A stretch of DNA of 64,000 nucleotides from an uncultured Clostridia bacterium (GCA_946407735.1 CAMJPL010000009.1:14847-78846); one strand, 5' to 3'. Positions 18,974 to 29,165 are shown, counted from the stretch's first letter. Numbers and translations: made by a program. The notes: a model not told the origin generated them from the letters alone.

Positions 18974-19744
18974 ATGCCGGAGAACCGGGAAATGCCTGAA
19001 GAGAATATGAGCCCGGGAGATTTCTCCCGCAGCGCCGCGTTCAGCCGCGCGAGGATGCTGCTCGGCGACGAGGCGATGGATAAGCTCGCGTCGGCGAAAG
19101 TCGCCGTTTTCGGCGTCGGCGGCGTCGGCGGCTACTGCGTCGAGGCGCTGGCCAGATCCGGCGTCGGCGCGCTCGAGCTCGTCGACGGAGACACCGTCTC
19201 GGAATCGAATCTGAACCGCCAGATAATCGCCCTGCGCTCGACCGTCGGGAAGTACAAGACCGACGTCTTCGCCGACAGGATAGCCGATATCAATCCCGCC
19301 TGCCGGGTCGGCAGGCACAGCGTCTTCTGGCTGCCGGGAGACCCGCTCGGCTTCGATATATCCGACTGCGATTATATAGTCGACTGCGTCGACACCGTCA
19401 CGGCGAAGATAGGGCTGATATGCGCGGCAAAGGATGCCGGAGTGCCGGTCATATCCTGCATGGGCATGGGCAACAAGACCGATCCGACGCGGATATGCGT
19501 GACCGACATCTATAAAACGTCGGTCGATCCGCTCGCCAAGGTGATGAGATATAAGCTGAAACGCCTTGGCATAAAGAAGCTCAAGGTCGTCTTCTCGCCT
19601 GAGGAGCCGCTCACGCCTCTCATGCCCGCCGGGGACGGAGGGAGCAGGCGCGCCGTGCCGGGATCGCTCGCCTTCGTGCCGTCGGCGGCCGGACTCGTCA
19701 TGGCTTCCGAGATCGTGAAGGATCTCACGGGACCCGGCAGATAA
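18974..19744 (+). CDS. tcdA: tRNA threonylcarbamoyladenosine dehydratase (ThiF/HesA family)
   Basis: VAVFGVGGVGGYCVEALARSGVGALELVDGDTVSESNLNRQ Rossmann/ThiF motif, with length and layout typical of TcdA/CsdL. Confidence 0.8.
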   Translation: MPENREMPEENMSPGDFSRSAAFSRARMLLGDEAMDKLASAKVAVFGVGGVGGYCVEALARSGVGALELVDGDTVSESNLNRQIIALRSTVGKYKTDVFADRIADINPACRVGRHSVFWLPGDPLGFDISDCDYIVDCVDTVTAKIGLICAAKDAGVPVISCMGMGNKTDPTRICVTDIYKTSVDPLAKVMRYKLKRLGIKKLKVVFSPEEPLTPLMPAGDGGSRRAVPGSLAFVPSAAGLVMASEIVKDLTGPGR

Positions 19745-19785
19745 AAAACAACAGCAACAAAAAAAACGAAAAGAGGCAGATAAAA

Positions 19786-20163
19786 ATGAAGATCATCTCA
19801 ACTCCGAACGCTCCGGCCGCGATAGGGCCGTATTCGCAGGCTGTCGTTTCCGGCGGCTTTGTCTACGTCTCAGGACAGCTCCCGGCAGATCCCGCCACCG
19901 GAGAACTCAAGACCGATATCACATCCGCCGCGCGCCAGTCGCTTGACAACGTCGCCGCAATCCTCGCCGAGGCGGGGACCGACATGGCTCACGTCGTGAA
20001 GACGACCTGCTATCTCGCGCATCTGTCCGATTTCGCCGCCTTCAACGCGGTCTACGCCGAATATTTCAAGTCCGACTGCCCGGCGCGCGCCTGCTTTGAG
20101 GTAGCGGCGCTGCCGAAGGGAGCTCTCTGCGAGGTCGAGGCTGTCGCCGAGATCGCCGGCTGA
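19786..20163 (+). CDS. ridA: RidA/YjgF family reactive-intermediate deaminase
   Basis: 125 aa. APAAIGPYSQAV..GGFVYVSGQLP and the C-terminal CEVEAVA are signature RidA motifs. Confidence 0.9.
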   Translation: MKIISTPNAPAAIGPYSQAVVSGGFVYVSGQLPADPATGELKTDITSAARQSLDNVAAILAEAGTDMAHVVKTTCYLAHLSDFAAFNAVYAEYFKSDCPARACFEVAALPKGALCEVEAVAEIAG

Positions 20164-20486
20164 CATACGCTGCATAAATGTGATAATGCGCTGTAATTCA
20201 CATATCATGGCGCCGTGTTTTTTCACCGGAATGTAATTCGGCGGTTTTCTGTACAGATTGCACAAATTAATCACATGAATTTTGGAAAAAAAAACACTTT
20301 AAATTTACGCCCAAATATGATATAATATTATAGCGAAAAAAACCGGTATTGCGCAGGCAGATCATCTCCAGTATTCAGAATTTATGGTGCGCGGGCCGGA
20401 AAATGATCTTGGAAAGAAACGACAATCCGGCCGCCCGATGGCCCGGGAAGACCGCGTTTTGCACAATATCGAGGAGGATATAATTC

Positions 20487-21626
20487 ATGGCAAGTCTGTC
20501 GTTCAAGCATATCTATAAGAAGTACCTCGGCAACGTTACCGCCGTGTCTGACTTCACTCTCGAAGTCCGCGACAAGGAGTTCCTTGTTCTCGTCGGCCCG
20601 TCTGGCTGCGGAAAGTCCACCACCCTGCGTATGATCGCCGGCCTTGAGGAGATCTCCGAAGGCGAGCTCTTCATCGGCGACAAGCTGGTAAACGATATCG
20701 CTCCGAAGGACCGCGACATCGCGATGGTGTTCCAGAACTACGCTCTGTACCCGCACATGACCGTGTTCGACAACATGGCTTTCGGCCTCAAGCTCCGCAA
20801 GACTCCGAAGGAGGAGATCAAGCGCCGCGTCGAGGAAGCCGCCCGCATCCTTGATATCACCCACCTTCTCGACCGTCGTCCGAAGGCTCTTTCGGGCGGT
20901 CAGAAGCAGCGTGTCGCTCTCGGCCGCGCCATCGTCCGCGAGCCGAAGGTCTTCCTTCTCGACGAGCCGCTGTCGAACCTCGACGCTAAGCTCCGCGCGC
21001 AGATGAGAACCGAGCTCACCAAGATCCACAAGAGACTCCAGACCACCTTCGTTTACGTTACGCATGACCAGGTCGAGGCTATGACCATGGCGACCCGTAT
21101 CGTCGTTATGAAGGACGGCGTTATCCAGCAGGTCGACACTCCTCAGAACCTCTACGACAAGCCCGTCAACGTATTCGTCGCCGGCTTCATCGGCACTCCT
21201 CAGATGAACTTCATCAACGCCACCCTCGAGCAGAGAAGCGACGGCGTTTACGCCAAGTTCGGCGATCCCGAGGACCTCAACAATCCGGTTTACGCCTACT
21301 TCAAGATCCCGGCCGAGAAGGCTTCCGACCCGGCTCTCAAGGATTACATCGGCAAGGATGTCATCATCGGTATCCGTCCCGAGTGTCTGCATGACGACGC
21401 CGCCTCCATCGCCGCCAACCCCGACGCTATCATCGAGTGCGACATCGACGTCACCGAGCTTATGGGCTCCGAGATCCTTCAGTACGTCAACTGCGACAAC
21501 ATCAACCTTGTCGCCCGCGTATCGAACCGCTCCACCGCCCGCGCCGGCGATCATATCAAGATGGCTGTCGAAGCTTCCCGCGTGCACATCTTCGACAAGG
21601 ACACCGAAAAGTGCCTTATCCACTGA
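20487..21626 (+). CDS. msmX: stand-alone sugar ABC transporter ATP-binding protein (MsmX/MsmK/UgpC type)
   Basis: Walker [24 protein letters not shown], Walker [12 protein letters not shown], and a C-terminal MalK-like regulatory domain. GAGGAGG RBS. No adjacent permease or SBP. Confidence 0.85.
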   Translation: MASLSFKHIYKKYLGNVTAVSDFTLEVRDKEFLVLVGPSGCGKSTTLRMIAGLEEISEGELFIGDKLVNDIAPKDRDIAMVFQNYALYPHMTVFDNMAFGLKLRKTPKEEIKRRVEEAARILDITHLLDRRPKALSGGQKQRVALGRAIVREPKVFLLDEPLSNLDAKLRAQMRTELTKIHKRLQTTFVYVTHDQVEAMTMATRIVVMKDGVIQQVDTPQNLYDKPVNVFVAGFIGTPQMNFINATLEQRSDGVYAKFGDPEDLNNPVYAYFKIPAEKASDPALKDYIGKDVIIGIRPECLHDDAASIAANPDAIIECDIDVTELMGSEILQYVNCDNINLVARVSNRSTARAGDHIKMAVEASRVHIFDKDTEKCLIH

Positions 21627-21651
21627 TATAAATCGGTACATAAACAATATC

Positions 21652-21684
21652 GCGGCCGCCCTTCGAAGGCGGCCGCTTTGTTCG
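21652..21684 (+). terminator. intrinsic terminator after msmX
   Basis: GCGGCCGCC-cttcgaa-GGCGGCCGC followed by TTTGTTCGTT. Confidence 0.8.
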
Positions 21685-21774
21685 TTCTCACCCTTTTTAC
21701 ATTATTCGGTAGAAATCCGGCGGACTGTATGATATGATATTAGAGTATTTCGCGTCCGGGAGGCGGAAGATATC

Positions 21775-22560
21775 ATGTACGGCATGATGAAGGCGCTGAA
21801 TCGTATGGCTTCTCTCGTTTTTCCGCCGAGATGCGCGGTATGCGGCTCCGTAATGGCGGAGCGTGACTCGCCGCTGTGCGGCAGATGCATGGAGCGGTGG
21901 CTTGCCGAGTGCGCCGAATACGACGGCTCGCCGAAGGCGGATATCGAAGGGGTAAAAAGATCGTATCATCTCGCCTTCTATACTCCGTCGCGCATGGGAG
22001 AGCGCACCGTCGCCGACACGCTCGCCTATTCGATGAAAAGCGGCGGCAGCGGGAGCGTCTATCCCTTTCTCGCCCGTCAGATGTGCCAAAGGCTTTATAT
22101 GAGCGCGGTCGACGGACGGTGTGAGCCGAAGGACGAAGATCTCAGGCGGCTGGCCGGATTTTTCGATATCGTGGCATATATCCCGAGATCGAGAAAGAAC
22201 GCGCTCAGATTCGGCGTCGATCAGTCCGGCATGCTGGCGCGCGGGATATCGGAGCTTACCGGGATACCGGCGGCGCGCCTGTTCGTCAACGCATCGGATA
22301 AGACTCAGCATGAGCTGACGGAAGAAGAGCGGCGGGAGAACATGTCGAAGCTGCGCCTGAGAAAGGGAGCGGAAGACGAAATTCTGGGAGCGAGGGTGAT
22401 CCTTATCGACGACATCGTCACGACAGGCGCGACGGTATCGTCGGCGGCGTCGCTCGTAGCATCTGCCGGAGCCTCGGAGATCATACTGACGGCGCCATTC
22501 AGGACGCGCGGCAAAGTACAGAAACACGGCGAAAAGAGAGATCCCAGCGAAAGGGCTTGA
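21775..22560 (+). CDS. comFC: ComF family protein (phosphoribosyltransferase-like)
   Basis: N-terminal zinc-finger-like PPRCAVCG..CGRC and C-terminal PRTase motif VILIDDIVTTGAT. GGGAGG RBS. Confidence 0.75.
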   Translation: MYGMMKALNRMASLVFPPRCAVCGSVMAERDSPLCGRCMERWLAECAEYDGSPKADIEGVKRSYHLAFYTPSRMGERTVADTLAYSMKSGGSGSVYPFLARQMCQRLYMSAVDGRCEPKDEDLRRLAGFFDIVAYIPRSRKNALRFGVDQSGMLARGISELTGIPAARLFVNASDKTQHELTEEERRENMSKLRLRKGAEDEILGARVILIDDIVTTGATVSSAASLVASAGASEIILTAPFRTRGKVQKHGEKRDPSERA

Positions 22561-22603
22561 CAAGGAGACACGGGGAGATCCCCCGTAAGACAAGGCGGGA
22601 AGC

Positions 22604-24292
22604 ATGAAGACAGATATCCAGATCGCGCACGAAAAGAAGATGAAGCCGATCGCCGAGATAGCGGCGATGCTCGGCATACCCGGCGAGGAGCTCTGGCCGT
22701 ACGGACAGTACAAGGCTAAGATCAGCGAGAAGTTCATCGCTGAGAAGACGGCCGAATACAAAAATTCCGGCGAAAAGCACAAGCTGATCCTCGTCACGGC
22801 GATCAATCCCACCCCGGCGGGCGAGGGCAAGACGACCACGACGATCGGTCTCGGCATGGCGCTCAACCGCATAGGAAAGAAGGCCTGCGTGGCTCTGCGC
22901 GAGCCGTCCCTCGGCCCGGTGTTCGGCATCAAGGGCGGAGCAGCCGGAGGCGGATACAGCCAGGTGCTCCCGATGGAGGATATCAACCTTCATTTCACCG
23001 GCGATTTCCACGCCATCACATCGGCGAACAACCTGCTCTGCGCGCTGCTCGACAACAGCATCCAGCAGGGCAACGAGCTCGATATCGACCCGAGACGCGT
23101 CGTGATCAACCGCGTCCTCGACATGAACGACCGCGCACTGCGCAACATCGTCGTCGGTCTCGGCGGCAAGGCGAACGGCGTGCCGCGCGAGGATCATTTC
23201 TCGATCACCGTGGCTTCCGAGGTCATGGCGATATTCTGCCTCGCGACGTCGCTTTCCGACATGAGACGCCGTCTCGGCGAGATGGTCGTCGCCTACACAT
23301 ACTCCGGCAAGCCGGTTACGGCTCACGATCTCAGGGCCGAAGGCGCGATGACGGCGCTTCTGCGCGACGCTCTCAAGCCGAATCTGGTGCAGACGATAGA
23401 AGGCACCCCCGCCTTCGTGCACGGCGGTCCCTTCGCCAACATAGCTCACGGCTGCAACTCGGTCAGAGCGACCCAGCTTTCGATGGCTCTCGCCGACTAC
23501 ACCGTCACCGAGGCCGGCTTCGGAGCCGATCTCGGCGCCGAGAAGTTCCTTGACATCAAGTGCCGCATGACCGGCCTGAAGCCCGACGCCATAGTCCTTG
23601 TCGCCACGATAAGGGCGCTGAAATACAACGGCGGCGTGAAGAAAGAGGACCTTAAGACCGAAAACGTCGAGGCGCTGAAAAAGGGCATCTGCAATCTCGA
23701 AGCCCATATCGACAATCTCCGCAAATTCGGAGTGCCGATCGTCGTCGCGATGAACCACTTCGACACCGACTCGAAGGAGGAGATCGACACCGTGCTGTCC
23801 TTCTGCGAGAGCAAGGGCGTCGAAGCGGCCTTCTCGGACGTCTTCGCGAAGGGAAGCGAGGGCGGCATCGAGCTCGCCGAAAAGGTCGCCGCCGCCTGCG
23901 ATACCGAGTCTGACTTCCATACCCTTTACCCGGACGACATGCCGGTGAAGGAGAAGATCATGACCGTCGCGCGAGAGATCTACGGCGCCGACGATGTCGT
24001 TTACGAAAAGGCGGCTCTCGATTCGCTGAAGCAGATATACTCGACCGTGCCGGACGCTGACAAAATGCCGGTCTGCATGGCGAAGACCCAGTACAGCCTC
24101 TCCGACGATCAGAACCTGCTCGGCAGGCCGACCGGCTTCAGTCTGACCGTCCGCGACATGAAGCTCAGCGCCGGAGCCGGCTTTATCGTGGTGCTCACCG
24201 GAGCCATCCTGACCATGCCGGGACTCGGCAAGACGCCGGCCGCGTGGGGGATCGACGTCGACGAAAACGACGAGATCACCGGCTTGTCATGA
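22604..24292 (+). CDS. fhs: formate--tetrahydrofolate ligase
   Basis: 562 aa. [20 protein letters not shown]-loop and full-length similarity to FTHFS. Confidence 0.95.
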   Translation: MKTDIQIAHEKKMKPIAEIAAMLGIPGEELWPYGQYKAKISEKFIAEKTAEYKNSGEKHKLILVTAINPTPAGEGKTTTTIGLGMALNRIGKKACVALREPSLGPVFGIKGGAAGGGYSQVLPMEDINLHFTGDFHAITSANNLLCALLDNSIQQGNELDIDPRRVVINRVLDMNDRALRNIVVGLGGKANGVPREDHFSITVASEVMAIFCLATSLSDMRRRLGEMVVAYTYSGKPVTAHDLRAEGAMTALLRDALKPNLVQTIEGTPAFVHGGPFANIAHGCNSVRATQLSMALADYTVTEAGFGADLGAEKFLDIKCRMTGLKPDAIVLVATIRALKYNGGVKKEDLKTENVEALKKGICNLEAHIDNLRKFGVPIVVAMNHFDTDSKEEIDTVLSFCESKGVEAAFSDVFAKGSEGGIELAEKVAAACDTESDFHTLYPDDMPVKEKIMTVAREIYGADDVVYEKAALDSLKQIYSTVPDADKMPVCMAKTQYSLSDDQNLLGRPTGFSLTVRDMKLSAGAGFIVVLTGAILTMPGLGKTPAAWGIDVDENDEITGLS

Positions 24293-24786
24293 CGCTCAGG
24301 CTGTTTGATTGCGAGACGTCAGACCCGAAGGAGACCGAGGAGCTCGGACGCCGTCTCGCCGGGATTCTCGTCCCGGCGCTAGAGGATGAAAGGTTCGCCC
24401 TTGTCGCTCTCAGCGGAGAGCTCGGGGCGGGGAAGACCGCCTTCACCCGCGGCCTCGCGTCGCTTTTCTGCGACGGGGCGTATGTCCACAGCCCGAGCTA
24501 TACCATCGTCAACAGATACCCGGGGACTCTGCCGTCCGGCAGACGTCTCGAAATCGAGCATTTTGACATCTGGCGGCTGAAGGACGAGGACGATCTCTAT
24601 TCGGTCGGATATTTCGACAGCTTTCCATACGGCGACGAGACGATGAAGCCCGAAACTGCGACGCTCATGGCGGTCGAATGGTGCGACAGCGTGCCCGGCG
24701 CCCTGCCAGACGTCTGCTGGAGGGTCGATATCTCCGGAAGCGGAGACGAGAAGCGCCGCATCACGGTCTCCCGCGTCGAAAAATAA
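24289..24786 (+). CDS. tsaE: tRNA t6A biosynthesis ATPase TsaE
   Basis: ATG at 24289 overlaps the fhs stop (ATGA). [18 protein letters not shown]-loop, about 165 aa. Confidence 0.8.
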   Translation: MTLRLFDCETSDPKETEELGRRLAGILVPALEDERFALVALSGELGAGKTAFTRGLASLFCDGAYVHSPSYTIVNRYPGTLPSGRRLEIEHFDIWRLKDEDDLYSVGYFDSFPYGDETMKPETATLMAVEWCDSVPGALPDVCWRVDISGSGDEKRRITVSRVEK

Positions 24787-24803
24787 ATAATGATAAAAAC
24801 ATT

Positions 24804-24836
24804 TCTCCCCGCGGATCACGTGCATCCGCGGGGAGA
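24804..24836. terminator. bidirectional hairpin between convergent tsaE and gtrA-like genes
   Basis: TCTCCCCGCGGAT-cacgtgc-ATCCGCGGGGAGA, with T-rich sequence on one side and A-rich on the other. Confidence 0.7.
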
Positions 24837-24839
24837 TGA

Positions 24840-25262
24840 TCATTTTTCCCTTTTCTTTACGAACACCAGCAGCTTGCCGGTGACGTAATTCAGTATTACG
24901 ACGAGTATCGCGACGGGGATCTTTATAAGGTATCTGTCGATGCCGAGCTTCTCGCAGCCTGTCCAGATAAGGAGCGTCTCAACCCCGAGCGAGAACAGTC
25001 TCGAGGCGGCGAATTTCAAAAATTGCGGGACGACGTATGACGGCTTTGAGTACCTGTCGCGGAAGACAAGGACCTTATTCGCCCAGAACGCCCATATGAC
25101 GGCGCAAATCCACTGAACGATCTGCGCTGTGATGACGCCGGCGCCGAGCCATATCATGAGCCAGTAGACTCCGGTGCCGATGACCGTCGTCACGCCGCCG
25201 ACGAACAGATATACGATCTGCTCGCGGTATCGTGCAAACAAAGCTTTTATCTTATCCATCAT
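24840..25262 (-). CDS. GtrA family membrane protein
   Basis: 140 aa, 4 TM. YLFVGGVTTVIGTGVYW and WAFWANKVLVFRD are typical GtrA-like features. Confidence 0.8.
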   Translation of the reverse strand: MMDKIKALFARYREQIVYLFVGGVTTVIGTGVYWLMIWLGAGVITAQIVQWICAVIWAFWANKVLVFRDRYSKPSYVVPQFLKFAASRLFSLGVETLLIWTGCEKLGIDRYLIKIPVAILVVILNYVTGKLLVFVKKREK

Positions 25263-25848
25263 AATCGCCGTTTATCATCTCAAGCGCCTTATCGCGGCTG
25301 TAAAGCAGATTCAGCGCCTCGAGCAGCGCCGCCGAGCTCATGCCGGACGGAAGTGCCGCCGCCTTTGCCACGGCGTCCCGCTTCGCGGCGCTTTTGTCGC
25401 CGCCGCAGAGACCCGCGAGATAGAGGTCGGTCTTGGTTATCCCGCCGTGCACATCAGCGTCAGATCCGCCGGAGGCGAAGGGGAGGAATAGGTCGTACAG
25501 CAGCTTTTCGTCCATTCCCTCGACACCGAGATACCCCTCCTTCGAAGGGGCTTTTTTGCGCTTCTCGCGTCCCTCGATCTGGGGGATGTAGAGGTTTATC
25601 AGCTTATCCTTCGGAAGGATCGAGCGGAAATAGTTCCGTATGACCTTTCCGGCGCCGTCGCTGTCGGTGAGGACGATGATGCCGTTCTTTTCGGCGAGGC
25701 GGGTTATCAGCATCCGCTTCTCGCCGCTGCTGAACACCGAGAAGCCGCCGGTGGTGACGATCTGCGCATCTATCACGCGCATCAGCTTTTCCCGGTCGTA
25801 TCTGCCCTCTACGACGACCGGGCGGTCGATTGCGAGCTTCTGTGTCAT
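25252..25848 (-). CDS. Toprim-domain protein (RNase M5-like / DUF4093-type)
   Basis: VVVEGRYDREKL (Toprim Glu) and IIVLTDSDGAGKVIRN (DxD). Overlaps the upstream MATE gene by 4 nt and the downstream gtrA-like gene by 11 nt. Confidence 0.65.
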   Translation of the reverse strand: MTQKLAIDRPVVVEGRYDREKLMRVIDAQIVTTGGFSVFSSGEKRMLITRLAEKNGIIVLTDSDGAGKVIRNYFRSILPKDKLINLYIPQIEGREKRKKAPSKEGYLGVEGMDEKLLYDLFLPFASGGSDADVHGGITKTDLYLAGLCGGDKSAAKRDAVAKAAALPSGMSSAALLEALNLLYSRDKALEMINGDYDG

Positions 25849-27164
25849 GATATGACCTTTTTATATTTCCAGCGCCCGGACAGGAAACGCCAGATATACC
25901 ACGCCGAGCGGAAGATCCAGTCGATATACATCGCGTACCATACGCCGTTCAGCCCCATATCGAAGCAGCTGCAGAGCAGGTACGAGAAGCCTATCCTGAA
26001 CACCCACATGCTGATTATGGCGATGACCATCGTGAAGCGGGCGTCGCCGGCGGCTCTGAGCGAATTGGGAAGGGAGAAGCTGAGCGACCAGATGAGGAAG
26101 CTTGCCAGCGCGTATGTTCGGACGATATACTCCGCCATCTCCTTTGCCTGAGGCGAGATATTGAACAGCGAGACTATCTCCGGCCCGGCGAAGAACATTA
26201 TGAGGTCTATGCCGCCGCCGATGATGTAGGTGTACGACATGAGCCTGAAGGTGTACTTTTTTGCCTGATCGTAGTCCCCCGCGCCGACGCACTGGCCGAC
26301 GACGGTGACCATGGCGAGGCCTATGGCCGATCCGGGGATTATGGCGAAGCCTGCGAGGGTATTTGATACGGCGTTCGCGGCGATGGAGGCGGTGCCGAAG
26401 GTGGTGATGAGGTTCGCCACCAGCAGCTTGCCTATCTGGAACATGCCGCCCTCGGCGCCGTTCGGCAGTCCGACTTTCAGTATGCTCTTAATCATGCCGG
26501 GATCGGTCTCCGGCTTATAGATCCTTTCGACCCTGAACTCGCTCCTGTTTGCAGTCGGGCGGCACATCAGAGCGAGCATTATGACCGCGCCGACCGTCCT
26601 CGACGCGAGCGTGGCCCATGCGGCTCCCGCCGCGCCCATGCCGAAGCCGTATATGAGCAGGGCGTTGCCGAACAGGTTGATGACGTTCATTATCAGCGAC
26701 GTTATCATCGACACCGGGGAATTTCCCATCGAGCGGAAAAGCGCCGCGCCGCTGTTGTATATGCCGAGGGCCGGGTAGGATACGCAGGTGATGTAAAAAT
26801 ATATCTCGGCGCTGCTCATGACCTCCGGTTCCACCGCTCCGTACACGGCGCGGAGTATGCCGTGGTTGAATATTAGGCACACCGCCATGATGACGGAGGT
26901 TATGGTGCCGCTGAGCCAGAACAGCTGCTTTGCCGCCTTGCCCGCGTTCTTCCTGTCGTCCCGCCCCATATACTGCGCGGCGACGACTGCGCCTCCCGTG
27001 GTGAGGGCGCTGAATATATTGATGAGAAGGATGTTTATCTGATCTACGAGCGAGACTCCTGATATGGCCGCCTCACCGGCGGCCGACACCATGACGGTGT
27101 CGAGCATGCCGATCGTTACAGCGAGGGTCTGCTCGGCGATGAGCGGCAGTATCAGCCGCAGCAT
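25845..27164 (-). CDS. MATE family efflux transporter
   Basis: ORF 25845..27287 trimmed to Met42 (ATG at 27164), because the upstream 41 codons translate repeat copy A. LILPLIAEQTLAVTIGMLDTVMVS is the MatE motif, with 12 TM. An in-frame TTG at 27209 is an alternative start. Confidence 0.8.
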   Translation of the reverse strand: MLRLILPLIAEQTLAVTIGMLDTVMVSAAGEAAISGVSLVDQINILLINIFSALTTGGAVVAAQYMGRDDRKNAGKAAKQLFWLSGTITSVIMAVCLIFNHGILRAVYGAVEPEVMSSAEIYFYITCVSYPALGIYNSGAALFRSMGNSPVSMITSLIMNVINLFGNALLIYGFGMGAAGAAWATLASRTVGAVIMLALMCRPTANRSEFRVERIYKPETDPGMIKSILKVGLPNGAEGGMFQIGKLLVANLITTFGTASIAANAVSNTLAGFAIIPGSAIGLAMVTVVGQCVGAGDYDQAKKYTFRLMSYTYIIGGGIDLIMFFAGPEIVSLFNISPQAKEMAEYIVRTYALASFLIWSLSFSLPNSLRAAGDARFTMVIAIISMWVFRIGFSYLLCSCFDMGLNGVWYAMYIDWIFRSAWYIWRFLSGRWKYKKVIS

Positions 27165-27217
27165 CCTGCGCCGGGGAAACAGCTCCCCGACGGGTGTTTG
27201 TGTGTTCAAGATACGGA

Positions 27218-27296
27218 ATTTATTATCTGGGGGAGGGAAACCCTTCTGAAGAAGGGTTTCCCTCCCCCAGGCCCCCACCTTTCCCAAGACTTTTGC
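27218..27296 (-). repeat. copy A of a ~80-nt G-rich palindromic intergenic element
   Basis: The minus strand reads GCAAAAGTCTTGGGAAAGGTGGGGGCCT + perfect 18-bp hairpin GGGGGAGGGAAACCCTTC-ttca-GAAGGGTTTCCCTCCCCC + AGATAATAAAT. It lies 23 nt after the dapB stop and 53 nt before the MATE ATG. Confidence 0.75.
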
Positions 27297-27319
27297 TGCA
27301 AATTGTATTACCTATGTTA

Positions 27320-28093
27320 TTACAGAGCGCCGTTTATCACGTCGGTCATCGAGTACATCCCGGGCCCTCTGCCCTTCATGAACTCGGCCGCCCTGAGCGC
27401 GCCTTCGGCGAAGACCTCGCGGCTCTCGGCGGTATGCGACAGGCGTATGACCTCCTTCGGCCCGGCGAAGATGACCTCATGCTCGCCGACGATGGTGCCG
27501 CCGCGTATCGAGGATATGCCTATCTCGTTTTTCGGGCGCTTCATCGAGCGGTCGTGTCTGCCGTAAACGTACTCGACGTCTTTTTCCATGCCTTCCTTCG
27601 CGGCGTCGGCGAGCATGAGCGCCGTGCCGCTCGGGGCGTCGAGCTTGTTCCTGTGATGGGCTTCGACGATCTCGATATCGAAATCCTCTCCGAGCGTTTT
27701 CGCCGCCTGTCTCACAAGCATCTGGAGGACGTTTATCCCGAGCGACATATTGCCGGAGCGGAAGACGGCGGTCTTCTCCGACGTCTGCCTGATGCAGTCC
27801 AGCTCGTCTTCGGTATATCCAGTCGTGCAGAGGACGATCGGCAGATGTCTCTCGGCGGCGTAGCCGCAGAGCGCCTTTCCGGCGCTGTGATGCGAGAAAT
27901 CGACTATGACCTCGTCTCCGTCTGGAGTTATCTCGTTTATATCCCGCGCGACAGGATAGTCGGCGCTCTGTCTGCCGTCAAAGCCGACGTCGACGCCGTA
28001 TTTCACTCTGAAAGCGGAACTTTTTTCCTTCGCGGCTTCGGTGACGGCGCGTCCCATGCGGCCGAGGCAGCCGACAAGTATGATGTCCGTCAT
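27320..28093 (-). CDS. dapB: 4-hydroxy-tetrahydrodipicolinate reductase
   Basis: N-terminal VGCLGRMGRAV Rossmann motif and the EAHHRNKLDAPSGTAL signature. Overlaps dapA by 4 nt. Confidence 0.9.
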   Translation of the reverse strand: MTDIILVGCLGRMGRAVTEAAKEKSSAFRVKYGVDVGFDGRQSADYPVARDINEITPDGDEVIVDFSHHSAGKALCGYAAERHLPIVLCTTGYTEDELDCIRQTSEKTAVFRSGNMSLGINVLQMLVRQAAKTLGEDFDIEIVEAHHRNKLDAPSGTALMLADAAKEGMEKDVEYVYGRHDRSMKRPKNEIGISSIRGGTIVGEHEVIFAGPKEVIRLSHTAESREVFAEGALRAAEFMKGRGPGMYSMTDVINGAL

Positions 28094-28980
28094 TTTATGA
28101 GCCCGTGCTTTCTCATTGCGGCGAGCAGTCTTTCCTTATGCTCCGGCTCCATGGCGCAGAGCGGCAGACGCAGCTCGTCCTGACACCAGCCGAGCTCGGC
28201 CATGGCTGTCTTCACCGGGATGGGATTCACCTCGCAGAACAGGGCGTTTATGAGGTCGAGGAGCTTGAGCTGCATTATGGCGGCTTCCTTTGTGCGTCCG
28301 GAAAGGTAGAGCTCGACGATATCGTGCGTCTCCCTCGGCATGACGTTCGACAGCACCGAGATGACTCCGACGCCTCCGAGCGAGAGTATCGGGACGATCT
28401 GGTCGTCGTTGCCGGAGTATATATCGAGCGAATCCCCGCACTCGGCGGCGATCTCGGCTATGGCTGAGATATTGCCGGAGGCTTCCTTGGTGGCGACGAT
28501 GCGGTCGTGCTTTGCGAGCTCCTTATACACGGAGAGCGGGATGTTGCATCCGGTGCGCGACGGGACGTTATAAAGGATGATGGGCTTATCGGTGGCGTCT
28601 TCGATTGCCGAGAAGGACGCGATGAGTCCCTTCGGCGTGGCCTTATTGTAATACGGAGTGACGAGCAGCAGCGCGTCGCAGCCTATCTCGCAGGCGTATT
28701 TCGAGAGCTGTATGGCGTAATCGGTGTCGTTTGAGCCTGTGCCGGCTATGACGGGGACGCGTCCGGCCGTCTTTTCGACGCAGTACTTCATTACGGCCTT
28801 ATGCTCCTCGTCGGAGAGCGTCGAGCCCTCTCCCGTGGTGCCGGCGATGACTATTGCGTCGGTTTTATTGTCTATCTGCCAGTCGATGATCCTGCCGAGG
28901 GATTCATAGTCCGGAATATTGTCCTTGAAGGGTGTGATGATGGCGACCGCTGCGCCGGTGAAGACTCTTTGCTTCTGCAT
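28090..28980 (-). CDS. dapA: 4-hydroxy-tetrahydrodipicolinate synthase
   Basis: ORF trimmed to Met21 (ATG at 28980) after GGAGGAAAAATCAG. GAAVAIITPF, GTTGEGSTLS and YNVPSRTG motifs are present. Confidence 0.9.
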   Translation of the reverse strand: MQKQRVFTGAAVAIITPFKDNIPDYESLGRIIDWQIDNKTDAIVIAGTTGEGSTLSDEEHKAVMKYCVEKTAGRVPVIAGTGSNDTDYAIQLSKYACEIGCDALLLVTPYYNKATPKGLIASFSAIEDATDKPIILYNVPSRTGCNIPLSVYKELAKHDRIVATKEASGNISAIAEIAAECGDSLDIYSGNDDQIVPILSLGGVGVISVLSNVMPRETHDIVELYLSGRTKEAAIMQLKLLDLINALFCEVNPIPVKTAMAELGWCQDELRLPLCAMEPEHKERLLAAMRKHGLIK

Positions 28981-29047
28981 CTGATTTTTCCTCCGCGATG
29001 CCGCTTTTCGGCCCGAGACCGCTTCGGCGGCGTGAAACATTTTTGTT

Positions 29048-29077
29048 AAAAAATAAAAAACCGGTTGAAAACCAGCT
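29048..29077 (-). terminator. leader terminator (expression platform of the lysine riboswitch)
   Basis: The minus strand reads CTGGTT-ttc-AACCGG followed by TTTTTTATTTTTT. The upstream ACATGCATAGCT can pair with the P1 3' strand AGCTATCATGT, giving an antiterminator alternative. Confidence 0.6.
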
Positions 29078-29165
29078 ATGCATGTAATATAATATACTGA
29101 TGCGCGCCGTCAGTCTGCCGCGGCGTTATGCGGCCGTGATCCGCGCAAGCGATATGTCTATACAT

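Noticed and set aside
27165-27287. N-terminal 41 codons of ORF 25845..27287 (..GRETLLQKGFPPPDNKF..). Short ORFs crossing the other element copies give similar KGFPPP / KGVLSP peptides (29158..29367, 29236..29499, 29306..29542, 56493..56765, 56549..56875, 56702..56896).
   Set aside because: These are translations of the palindromic repeat, which is open in several frames on both strands. The similarity between copies is at nucleotide and structure level, not in a consistent reading frame.
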